A stretch of 32,000 nt of DNA, from NCBI GenBank assembly GCA_028700115.1, contig JAQVTI010000001.1:30001-62000 (forward strand). The letters run 5' to 3'. Shown here piece by piece: positions 8,778 to 17,771 of this stretch (the first letter of the stretch is position 1; every line of letters starts with the position of its first letter). The notes beneath the pieces were generated by a model that made no database searches, had not been told where the DNA came from, and saw only the letters and a program-made list of their open reading frames with translations. Position numbers and translations under genes: made by a program. Source of the DNA: Candidatus Iainarchaeum sp. GTDB lineage: Archaea > Iainarchaeota > Iainarchaeia > Iainarchaeales > CSSED10-239.

Positions 8778-10340
8778 TTATTTAAATATATTTTTTCTAA
8801 GAAGCTTTTGATAGGTTATTGAAAACCTATGAGCTTCATCTCTTATTTCTTGAATTAATTGTAAAGATTTATCTTTTCTAGAAAGCTTAATTCCTATTAA
8901 ATTATTAGGTTTAAATATAATCTCTTCTTTTTTTGCAATTGAAATTAAATCTATATTTTTTATATTTAAATTATCTAAAGCTTTTTTAGCAGAAGAAAGT
9001 TGACCTTTACCCCCATCTATTATAAATAAATCTGGAAAATTTTTTTGTTCTTCTAAAAGTTTTTTAAACTTCCTATAAGTAACTTCATAAATTGATGCAA
9101 AATCATTATTATCTTTAACAGTTTTTAATTTATATTTTCTATACCCTTTTTTATAAGGTTTTGCATTTTTATAACATGAAATCCCAGAAACTATATTTGT
9201 CCCAGATAAATGTGAAATATCGATACATTCTATGTGATAAGGAATATTTTTTAGGTTTAATGTTTTTTTTAAATCTTTAAGAATAAAATCTGTATTTATA
9301 ATATTTTCAAGAATATTTTCATAAACTAAATCAAGTAATTTTTTTTTATCTCCTTTTTTTGGAACTATAATTTTAATTTTTTTAGAATAAATCTTTTCTA
9401 GTTTAAAAATAATTTCATTAAAAATATTTTCTGGAAGAATTATTTCTTTAGGTAATGGATTTTCTAAATAAAAATTAAAAATAAAATTACTAAAATTAAC
9501 AAATCTATCTAAATTTAAAATAAATTCTTTTTTATTAATTAAATTTCCTTCAAAAACATTAAATAAATAAATATAAACTTTATCTTTATCTATATAATAA
9601 TTAAAAATATCTTCATTTAATTTTTTATTTCTTTCAATAATTTGTTTATTTTCTAAATATTTTATAGATTCGATCTTATTTTTTAAAACAAGAGCACTTT
9701 CAAAATTATTAATTTTAGAAAAATAAAACATTTGATTATTTAAATCTTTTAACAAAGAAGATGTATTACCTAAAAAAATTTGTTTAACTTCTTTAATTCT
9801 TTTATTATATTCAGAAATATTTTCTTTTCCAAAACAAACTCCATTACAAAGACCCATATAAAATCTAAAACAAGGATTTTTAGAAAGTTTATTACAAGTT
9901 CTAAGTTTAAAAATATTATTTAAAGTTTTAATAATATAATCTCTAGAATTTGCAGACACAAAAGGTCCAAAATAAGTACCTTTTTTAGATTTATCTCTTG
10001 AAACTAAAAGTCTTGGTATTTTTTCATCAGTTAAAAGTATATAAGCATATTTTTTATTATCTTTTAATTCAATATTAAATTTTGGTTTATATTTATTAAT
10101 TAAATTATTTTCTAAAATTAAAGACTCAATCTCAGTTTTAGTAACAATATAATCTAAAAAATAAATATTTTCAACCAAAAGAGAAGTCTTAATATTTTTT
10201 TTAGACTTTGAAAAATAAGATGATATTCTTTTTTTTAAATTTTTAGCTTTTCCAATATATATAATTTTATTATCTTTATTTTTAAAAATATAACAACCTG
10301 GTTTTTGGGAAATATTTTTTAAATCAATATCATTATTCAT
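8778..10340 (-). CDS. uvrC: excinuclease ABC subunit C, without the C-terminal HhH domain
   Basis: GIY-YIG domain (GCYIF...YIGKAKNLKKRISSYF), UVR segment, RNase-H-like endonuclease motifs ECIDISHLSG, IIDGGKGQL, RDEAHRFSITY; ends 13 aa after the last motif. Confidence 0.93.
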   Translation of the reverse strand: MNNDIDLKNISQKPGCYIFKNKDNKIIYIGKAKNLKKRISSYFSKSKKNIKTSLLVENIYFLDYIVTKTEIESLILENNLINKYKPKFNIELKDNKKYAYILLTDEKIPRLLVSRDKSKKGTYFGPFVSANSRDYIIKTLNNIFKLRTCNKLSKNPCFRFYMGLCNGVCFGKENISEYNKRIKEVKQIFLGNTSSLLKDLNNQMFYFSKINNFESALVLKNKIESIKYLENKQIIERNKKLNEDIFNYYIDKDKVYIYLFNVFEGNLINKKEFILNLDRFVNFSNFIFNFYLENPLPKEIILPENIFNEIIFKLEKIYSKKIKIIVPKKGDKKKLLDLVYENILENIINTDFILKDLKKTLNLKNIPYHIECIDISHLSGTNIVSGISCYKNAKPYKKGYRKYKLKTVKDNNDFASIYEVTYRKFKKLLEEQKNFPDLFIIDGGKGQLSSAKKALDNLNIKNIDLISIAKKEEIIFKPNNLIGIKLSRKDKSLQLIQEIRDEAHRFSITYQKLLRKNIFK

Positions 10341-10358
10341 AAAAAATCAATAATTTTT

Positions 10359-13169
10359 TTAAACAAAATATTTTTTCAAAAAAGAACCTGTATAACTTTT
10401 TTTAATTTTAGATATTTCTCTTGGTGAACCTTGAGCAATAATTCCCCCACCAAAAGCACCTCCATCAGGACCTAAATCAATTACCCAATCAGAAGATTTT
10501 ATAACATCTAAATTATGTTCAATAACAACAACAGTATTTTTTTTATCAACTAATTTATTTAAAACTTCAATTAATTTTTTCACATCATGAAAATGAAGCC
10601 CAGTTGTAGGTTCATCTAAAATATATAATGTTTTCCCAGTTGAAATTTTAGAAAGCTCTCTTGTAATTTTAATTCTTTGGGCTTCTCCTCCTGAAAGAGT
10701 TGTTGAACTTTGGCCTAATTTAATATAAGATAAACCAACATCTATTAAAGTTTTTAACTTTTTTTTAATTTTAGGAATATTCTCAAAAAAATCATAAGCT
10801 TCTAAAACACTCATATTTAATACATCTGAAATATTTTTATTTTTATATTTAATTTCCAAAGTATCTTTATTATATCTTTTACCTTTACACTCTTGACAAG
10901 TTACATAAACATCAGGTAAAAAATTCATTTCAATTTTTACAAGACCATCACCTTGACAAGCTTCACATCTCCCACCTTTTACATTAAATGAAAATCTACC
11001 AGATTTATAACCCCTTATTTTAGACTCTTCTGTTCTAGAAAAAACATCTCTAATTTCATCAAAAACTTTTGTATAAGTTGCAGGATTTGATCTTGGAGTT
11101 TTTCCAATAGGAGATTGATCTATTGAAATAACTTTATCAATATAATTATTTATAATAATTTCTTCACATTTTCCAACATTTAATCTTGATTTATAAAACT
11201 TATTCATTAAATATCTATATAAAATTTGATTAATTAAAGTAGATTTACCAGACCCAGAAACACCTGTAATAGAAGTTAAAACACCAACAGGTATTTTTAC
11301 ATTTATATTTTTTAAATTATTTTCACTTGCTTTTCTTATTTCAATAAAATTTTCTGGAATTCGAATATTTTTAGGAATAGATATAAATTCAATACCTTTT
11401 AAATATTTACCTGTTAAAGAATTTTTACAATTTTCAATATCTTTAACACTACCTTTTGCAATTATTTCCCCTCCATTTATTCCAGCTCCAGGACCAATAT
11501 CAATTATAAAATCTGCTTTTCTAATAGTATCTTCATCATGTTCCACTACAATCAATGTATTTCCTAAATTTTTTAAATTTATTAAAGTATCAATTAATTT
11601 TTGATTATCTTTTTGATGAAGACCAATTGAAGGTTCGTCTAAAACATATAAAACTCCAGTTAAATTTGTACCTAAATTTGTGGCAAGTCTAATTCTTTGG
11701 GCTTCCCCTCCAGAAAGAGTTCCTGCTGTCCTTGAAAGAGTAAGATATGATAATCCAACTTTTTCTAAAAAATCTAATCTAGAAATAATTTCTTTAAGAA
11801 TATGAACAGCAATTTCTTTTTTAGAATCATCTAAAGTTAAATGCTTAAAAAAATTAAGACACTCTATTATAGAATAATTTGTAATATCTATAATATTTTT
11901 ATTTGCAATTTTAACAGATAAAGCAATATTATTTAATCTATTTCCTTTACAAGTATTACATGGAGATATTTTCATAAATTTTTCCATATCTCTTTTTCTA
12001 TAATCTGATTCAGTTTGGGTATAAAGTCTTGTTATTTGAGGTAAAAGACCTTCCCAAATACCTGTATGCTTATATTCTGTATTTCCATTATTCATTTTTA
12101 TATTATAATTTATTTTTTCATTACTACCATACATTAAAATATTATATTGCTCTTCTGTAAGATCTTTAATAGGAGTAAAAGCATCAAAACCATAATGCTT
12201 AGAAATAGAAGCAATATGCGCTCCCCTCCAACCATCAACTAAATTTTTATAAACTTTTATTGCTCCATCTGCAATTGATAAATTTTTATCAGGAATAATT
12301 AAATCAGGATCAAAATCCATTTTAAATCCAAGACCAGAACAATCTTTACAAGCACCAAAAGGAGAATTAAAAGAAAACATCCTTGGTTGAAGATCAGGAA
12401 TAGAAAATCCACAAATTGGACAAGAATGCTTTGAAGAATATATTTTTTCAAAACCGTTATTATCAACAATTTTCACAAATCCTTTTGATTTTTCCAAAGC
12501 AAGAAAAATAAGTTCATAAATATTAATATTATTTTTCAAATTAATTTTATCAATTACAATATCTATATCATGCATTTTATATCTATCAAGTTTAATAGGT
12601 TCATCAGTTCTATAAATAATATTATTTACTCTAATTTTAGAAAATCCATCTTTATTTATATCTTGAAATAATTTTTCATAAGTGCCTTTTTTTTTAGAAA
12701 TTATAGGTGAAAGAATTATAATTTCTTTATCTTTAAAATCATTTAAAATATTTTCTGAAATCTTATCAGGAGAATATGATTTTATCTCAATATTATGATC
12801 TGGACAATAAGCAGTACCTATTCTTGCAAACAAAAGTCTTAAATAATCATAAATTTCTGTAACAGTTCCAACAGTTGAACGAGGATTATTAGAAGTTGTT
12901 TTTTGTTCAATTGAGATTGCAGGAGAAAGACCTTCTATAGAATCAACATCTGGTTTATCCATAATCCCCAAAAATTGCCTAGCATAACTAGATAAAGATT
13001 CAACATATCTTCTTTGTCCTTCTGCATAAATAGTATCAAAAGCAAGAGTAGATTTCCCAGAACCTGAAAGACCTGTTATTACTACTAATTTATCTTTTGG
13101 GATATTTATATTTATATTTTTTAGATTATGCTCTCTAGCACCTTTTATAATTATTTCTTTATAACTCAT
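10359..13169 (-). CDS. uvrA: excinuclease ABC subunit A
   Basis: [36 protein letters not shown], two ABC modules, CxxC zinc motifs, [16 protein letters not shown] and [15 protein letters not shown]. Confidence 0.97.
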   Translation of the reverse strand: MSYKEIIIKGAREHNLKNININIPKDKLVVITGLSGSGKSTLAFDTIYAEGQRRYVESLSSYARQFLGIMDKPDVDSIEGLSPAISIEQKTTSNNPRSTVGTVTEIYDYLRLLFARIGTAYCPDHNIEIKSYSPDKISENILNDFKDKEIIILSPIISKKKGTYEKLFQDINKDGFSKIRVNNIIYRTDEPIKLDRYKMHDIDIVIDKINLKNNINIYELIFLALEKSKGFVKIVDNNGFEKIYSSKHSCPICGFSIPDLQPRMFSFNSPFGACKDCSGLGFKMDFDPDLIIPDKNLSIADGAIKVYKNLVDGWRGAHIASISKHYGFDAFTPIKDLTEEQYNILMYGSNEKINYNIKMNNGNTEYKHTGIWEGLLPQITRLYTQTESDYRKRDMEKFMKISPCNTCKGNRLNNIALSVKIANKNIIDITNYSIIECLNFFKHLTLDDSKKEIAVHILKEIISRLDFLEKVGLSYLTLSRTAGTLSGGEAQRIRLATNLGTNLTGVLYVLDEPSIGLHQKDNQKLIDTLINLKNLGNTLIVVEHDEDTIRKADFIIDIGPGAGINGGEIIAKGSVKDIENCKNSLTGKYLKGIEFISIPKNIRIPENFIEIRKASENNLKNINVKIPVGVLTSITGVSGSGKSTLINQILYRYLMNKFYKSRLNVGKCEEIIINNYIDKVISIDQSPIGKTPRSNPATYTKVFDEIRDVFSRTEESKIRGYKSGRFSFNVKGGRCEACQGDGLVKIEMNFLPDVYVTCQECKGKRYNKDTLEIKYKNKNISDVLNMSVLEAYDFFENIPKIKKKLKTLIDVGLSYIKLGQSSTTLSGGEAQRIKITRELSKISTGKTLYILDEPTTGLHFHDVKKLIEVLNKLVDKKNTVVVIEHNLDVIKSSDWVIDLGPDGGAFGGGIIAQGSPREISKIKKSYTGSFLKKYFV

Positions 13170-13238
13170 AAAATCACATAAAAATGAATAAATATCTAAA
13201 ATAATATAGATTTATAAAAATATTAATTATTTGTAAGA

Positions 13239-13248
13239 GGTCGTGACC
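13239..13248. promoter_or_regulatory. short dyad GGTC-GT-GACC upstream of uvrA
   Basis: GGTCGTGACC sits in otherwise AT-rich sequence about 20-25 bp upstream of a TATA-like stretch for uvrA. Confidence 0.3.
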
Positions 13249-13325
13249 AAATAATAAAATAAGTATATATATTATATATGAAAATATTTAAAAATGAATC
13301 TAAAATCATTTGTATAATTATAAAA

Positions 13326-13706
13326 CTATTCTTTTTCAAATTCAAGCTCTAAAATATTATTTTTATAACTTGCATTTAAAGAATCTTTTTTAAGATTATA
13401 ATTAAAATAAAATTCTTTAAAATAATAATCATCAAAACTTCTTATAACTAAAATATTACTATTTTCATCAATATAAAACTTTAATTGATTAATAGTATAT
13501 GGCATATATAAAGTTAAAAACATTTTATTTTTATCATAAATTATATTTTCTATCTCTTCATGGAAATCATCTTCATCTTGATCAGAAAATTGTATATTTA
13601 GACTTATTGGTTTATTTAAATTTTTAGAATTATTAACTAAATCAGATAAAGCTTTTTTAATTGCTAAATCTAAATCTTCTAAAGAAAAACTATTTGTCTT
13701 TTTCAT
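13326..13706 (-). CDS. hypothetical protein with divergent Hsp20/CS-like beta-sandwich features
   Basis: C-terminal pattern MFLTLYMP...ILVIRSFDD...FYFNYNLKKDSLNASYKNNILELEFEK resembles the sHSP pattern (A.Y.NGVLEI). Confidence 0.4.
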   Translation of the reverse strand: MKKTNSFSLEDLDLAIKKALSDLVNNSKNLNKPISLNIQFSDQDEDDFHEEIENIIYDKNKMFLTLYMPYTINQLKFYIDENSNILVIRSFDDYYFKEFYFNYNLKKDSLNASYKNNILELEFEKE

Positions 13707-14382
13707 TAAACCACCCTATTTTCTTTTGATAAAGATCTTTAAATATATTATCTATTGTCTTCCATTTTGTTCTTGCAAAATCAGGAAGTTTTTTGTTTTC
13801 TAAAATATAATTTTTAATATATTCTATTGTTTTTGGATCAGAAGAATAACCAGATAAATTTGAACCAATTAATTTATTTAAAAGAAAATCTCTTGTAACC
13901 TTTGCAATAATAGAAGCACATCCTGCACAAATATAATTTAGATCAGCTTTATGCTCAGAGATAATTTTATTTTCATCAAAATCAAATTTAATTTTTTTTA
14001 AATTACTAATTATTCTTAATTTATACATATTTTCAGAAATATCAGGCGAATCTAAAATTACTTTAGAAGTTTGTTTTTTAAGAGATGAAATCATTTCTGC
14101 AGTTTTTATTGCTTCAATTTCATTTAAAGAATAATTATTCATTAAAATATTTAATTCTGCAGCAGGAATAACACTAATTTTATATTCAACAGCTTCTTTT
14201 TTAATAATTTCAAAAAGATTTTCTCTCTTTTTTTTTGGAATTAATTTTGAATCAGTTACCCCTTTTTGCCTAAAAAAATCTTCTTTAGATTCTTCAATAG
14301 AACAAATTGATAAAACCATCGGACCAAGAACACATCCTCTTCCTGCTTCATCAACTCCTGAAATTACTACCATATTAATCAT
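13690..14382 (-). CDS. rnhB: ribonuclease HII
   Basis: ISGVDEAGRGCVLGPMV, TDSKLI, YICAGCASIIAKVTRD, GYSSDPKT. The start may be the Met at 14373. Confidence 0.93.
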   Translation of the reverse strand: MINMVVISGVDEAGRGCVLGPMVLSICSIEESKEDFFRQKGVTDSKLIPKKKRENLFEIIKKEAVEYKISVIPAAELNILMNNYSLNEIEAIKTAEMISSLKKQTSKVILDSPDISENMYKLRIISNLKKIKFDFDENKIISEHKADLNYICAGCASIIAKVTRDFLLNKLIGSNLSGYSSDPKTIEYIKNYILENKKLPDFARTKWKTIDNIFKDLYQKKIGWFNEKDK

Positions 14383-14417
14383 TAATTTATATTTTTAATT
14401 AAAATTTAGAAAAAAAA

Positions 14418-15005
14418 CTATAAAAAATCATTAAATTTATCTAATTTTTTAAAAGACAATTTATTTTCTTTAAATTCTTTTTTTTCAGTTATATTATTTT
14501 CAATTACAACTGGTTCTTCTATATTTTCTTTAATAATAGAAGTTTTTTTATTTATAAAATCTTCTTCCTTAGGCATTTCAATATTGTCTTCTGGAAAATC
14601 TGAAAATAAAGGAGGATCTATTTTTTCATTTTTTATATCAAAAAATTCCAATTTTTTTAAAACTTTTTTTTGAAAATCTTTATCAATTTCTTGAAAGTTT
14701 TTATTTTCTTTATATATTTTATTTTTTTGTTTTAAAGAAAAATTATCAAGATTATCTTTATTAAAATTTTTAATAGTTAAATCAGCTTTTGGGATATTCA
14801 AACCAAAATCTTTTACTTTTGTAGAAGATTTAACAATTAATACTAAAATTATATAAATTATAAAAAATATAATTATAAATTCAATTAACAAACTAATATA
14901 GTTTATATTAATATTAAAAAAATTAAAATTGTAATTAAAAGAAAAAAAAGCATAAATTAAACTTAAAAAAAATGAAACACTTAAAGAAAATATATACTTA
15001 TTCAT
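14418..15005 (-). CDS. hypothetical membrane-anchored protein, 195 aa
   Basis: Two N-terminal hydrophobic helices followed by a charged, Lys/Glu/Asp-rich region. Confidence 0.55.
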   Translation of the reverse strand: MNKYIFSLSVSFFLSLIYAFFSFNYNFNFFNININYISLLIEFIIIFFIIYIILVLIVKSSTKVKDFGLNIPKADLTIKNFNKDNLDNFSLKQKNKIYKENKNFQEIDKDFQKKVLKKLEFFDIKNEKIDPPLFSDFPEDNIEMPKEEDFINKKTSIIKENIEEPVVIENNITEKKEFKENKLSFKKLDKFNDFL

Positions 15006-15121
15006 AAAAATACCTTTTTTAAATACTTAATATATAATATATAATATATAGAAATGATTTAAAAACTTCTTAATTATATAAAAAAACAAAAAAAATTAAA
15101 ATATCAAAAAAATTAAAAAAA

Positions 15122-15910
15122 ATGAAAAATATGGATAAAATAAAGATATTAAATCAAACAAAAAAAGATGTGAAAAATATATTAGAAAACACAGATCAAC
15201 AAATCATTAATTTATCTTTAATTTTAACAAAAATTCCAGAAAATATAAATGAACAATATAATAATTTAAGAATATTATCTGATTTACTATTTCCTACATT
15301 AGAAAAAGAATTAACTATTAAAGAATATTGCTTATTTATTAAAGAATATATAATTGATGAAAAAATAAACTATAAAAAACTTCAAGAAAATGGGATTTCT
15401 AAAGAAAAAATTAATATTATAACAAAAATTAATTCATATAATACAAATATTGAATATAAACTAGAAACTAAAAAAATAATACAAAAATTATCCAAAAATA
15501 TATTAAAACTAATAGAAATAAAAGAAAAAATTGAAAAAGAAATAGATATATTATTTGAAGAAAATTATAAAAATACAAAAGAAATTGCAACAATATCAAT
15601 TGCATGTAAAATGTTAGAAATTTCTGGATCTTTTAAAAGATTATCTAGATTCCCAGCATCAACTATACAACTTTTAGGTTCAGAAAAATCTTTTTTTAAA
15701 GCATTAAAAACAAATAGAAAAACCCCAAAATATGGAATACTTTATAATCATCCATTAATAATTAAACAAAAAGAAAAAAATAAAGGAAAAGTTGCAAGAA
15801 GTCTTGCAGCTAAAATATCAATTTGTTTAAAAGCAGATATTGATAAAGTAGAAATTTATAAAGACATAATTGAAAAACTAAATATTAAAATAAAACAACT
15901 AGAGAGATAA
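15122..15910 (+). CDS. short Nop5/Nop56-58-like C/D box sRNP core protein
   Basis: Nop-domain motifs SGSFKRLSRFPASTIQLLGSEKSFFKALK, PKYGILYNHPLI, KGKVARSLAAKISICLKADID; adjacent to fibrillarin. Confidence 0.88.
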   Translation: MKNMDKIKILNQTKKDVKNILENTDQQIINLSLILTKIPENINEQYNNLRILSDLLFPTLEKELTIKEYCLFIKEYIIDEKINYKKLQENGISKEKINIITKINSYNTNIEYKLETKKIIQKLSKNILKLIEIKEKIEKEIDILFEENYKNTKEIATISIACKMLEISGSFKRLSRFPASTIQLLGSEKSFFKALKTNRKTPKYGILYNHPLIIKQKEKNKGKVARSLAAKISICLKADIDKVEIYKDIIEKLNIKIKQLER

Positions 15911-15912
15911 TT

Positions 15913-16506
15913 ATGAAAAATTTAATTATAAAAGATAAAATATATACATTAGATCTAAATACAAAAGAAAAAAGAGAATGGTCTCCTTTTCATTCAAAAG
16001 TATGTGCTGGAATTAAAAAAGGAATAATCCCAGATATTAAAGAAGATTATAAAATATTATACCTTGGAGCAGCAGAAGGATATACAATTTCATATATATC
16101 TGATTTAATATCTATTGGTGAAGTTGTTGGAATAGATATTTCAGCATATAGTATGCAAAAATTAATCTTGCTTTCAGAAAAAAGAAAAAACTTAATTCCT
16201 ATTCTAGGAGATTGTAACTTACCAGAAAATTATAAAGAAACTATAGAAAACGAGAAATTTGATTTAATAATTCAAGATATCGCTCAAAAAAACCAAATAG
16301 AAATACTTAAAAAAAATGCAGACTTATTTCTTAAAAAAAATGGAAAAGTTTTATTAAGTCTTAAACTTTCTGCAATTTCTCAAAAACATAAATCTATAAT
16401 TAATGAACAATTAAATGAATTTGAAAAAAATTTTAAAATTATAAAAAAAACAAAACTAGACCCTTTTGAAAAAAAACATATTTTAATATATGGAGAAAAT
16501 AAATAA
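15913..16506 (+). CDS. flpA: fibrillarin-like rRNA/tRNA 2'-O-methyltransferase
   Basis: REWSPFHSKVCAGI, ILYLGAAEGYTISYISDLI, ERKN-like segment KRKNLIPILGD, IIQDIAQKNQIEILKKNADLFLK. Confidence 0.92.
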   Translation: MKNLIIKDKIYTLDLNTKEKREWSPFHSKVCAGIKKGIIPDIKEDYKILYLGAAEGYTISYISDLISIGEVVGIDISAYSMQKLILLSEKRKNLIPILGDCNLPENYKETIENEKFDLIIQDIAQKNQIEILKKNADLFLKKNGKVLLSLKLSAISQKHKSIINEQLNEFEKNFKIIKKTKLDPFEKKHILIYGENK

Positions 16507-16508
16507 AT

Positions 16509-16700
16509 TTATTTTTTTCTTAAACTTATAAAATAATCAATAGATCTATCATATGTCTTTTCTGCATCTTTTGGAAAATAACATGCAGGAAGTTCATCTC
16601 TTTCTCTATGAAATTTAATACATTCACAACAAATACCTTTTGTAGGACAATTATATGTACAATTACAAAATTTTTTATTTTCTTCTTTTCTACATTCCAT
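16509..16700 (-). CDS. small Cys-rich, probably zinc-binding protein (DUF6485-like)
   Basis: [32 protein letters not shown] matches my recall of this family; family name not verified. Confidence 0.6.
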   Translation of the reverse strand: MECRKEENKKFCNCTYNCPTKGICCECIKFHRERDELPACYFPKDAEKTYDRSIDYFISLRKK

Positions 16701-16721
16701 AAAAACACCTAAAATATTATT

Positions 16722-17690
16722 CTACACAATTCCAAAAATATGACCTAAAAAATAAATATAAAATATCAAAAGAGCAAAACCTTCTATATATGTTAATTTA
16801 TTATCTTGAATTACAAAGAAATAAATTAAAGTAGAAACAATTAACATAGGAATTCCAAAAGTTAAAAGTGAACTTGGAACAACTATTTTTCCAAAAAGAG
16901 AAGTTATTCCAATAACTCCTACTAGATTAAATATATTTGAACCTAAAACATTACCAATTGCAATTTCTGGTTTGTTTTTTCTTATAGCTTGTAAAGTAAC
17001 AACTAGTTCAGGAAGTGAAGTTCCTAAAGCAACTGCACTTATTGCAATTATATCAGTTGCAATTTTTAAAATTGAAGATATATTTAAAATTGAATCAACT
17101 ACATATTTGGCACCAAAATAAATTCCAGCACAACTTAAAATTAAAATAAATAAAGTTTTTAAAATATTTAATTTCTTTTTAGAATTTTCAATATCACTAA
17201 ATTCTTTTCTAAGTTCTTTATCTTTTGATGTTCTTGAAGAACTAATAATATTATAAATATAAAAAACTAATAAAACAAGACAAATTATAGTTTCTAGAAC
17301 AGTAAAAGTCTGATTAAAAAGCATTATACCTACAATAAAAGAAGTTGCAACTAAAAAAGGTAAATCTGAACTTAAAATATTATAATTTATCTTAATTGTT
17401 TTTCTATAAACTACAGCAGTAAGTCCCAAAACAAAAAATATATTTGTAATATTTGAACCAATTACAGTTCCTACACCAATTTCTGAAGCACCTTTTAAAA
17501 CAGAAAAAATAGATGATATAAGTTCTGGTAGAGATGTACCTATACTTACAATAATTATACCTATAACAAAAGCAGGAAGCCCAAAATAAACTCCAATTTT
17601 TTCAGCTGAATCAATAAAATAGTCAGATGATTTAATTAATAAAAATAATGATGCTAAAAAAACTATAATCCAAACTGCTAAACTAAACAT
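16722..17690 (-). CDS. CaCA-family calcium/sodium antiporter (YrbG-like)
   Basis: Two alpha repeats: IIIVSIGTSLPELISSIFSVLKG...GTVIGSNITN and ISAVALGTSLPELVVTLQAIRK...IGNVLGSNIFN. Confidence 0.92.
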   Translation of the reverse strand: MFSLAVWIIVFLASLFLLIKSSDYFIDSAEKIGVYFGLPAFVIGIIIVSIGTSLPELISSIFSVLKGASEIGVGTVIGSNITNIFFVLGLTAVVYRKTIKINYNILSSDLPFLVATSFIVGIMLFNQTFTVLETIICLVLLVFYIYNIISSSRTSKDKELRKEFSDIENSKKKLNILKTLFILILSCAGIYFGAKYVVDSILNISSILKIATDIIAISAVALGTSLPELVVTLQAIRKNKPEIAIGNVLGSNIFNLVGVIGITSLFGKIVVPSSLLTFGIPMLIVSTLIYFFVIQDNKLTYIEGFALLIFYIYFLGHIFGIV

Positions 17691-17771
17691 ATATTTCTCA
17701 CTATATATTATTTAAATAATAAGTTTATATAGGTTATTGATTTAAAAGAAAAAAAAGAAAAAAAGAAGAAA

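Noticed and set aside
10359-13169. uvrA/uvrB/uvrC as part of a new defence system
   Set aside because: All three align in layout with standard nucleotide excision repair proteins. Their presence in archaea is known and most likely reflects old transfer from bacteria.
16526-16708. 60-aa minus-strand ORF
   Set aside because: Alternative frame over the Cys-rich DUF6485-like gene, whose pattern is clearly the conserved one.
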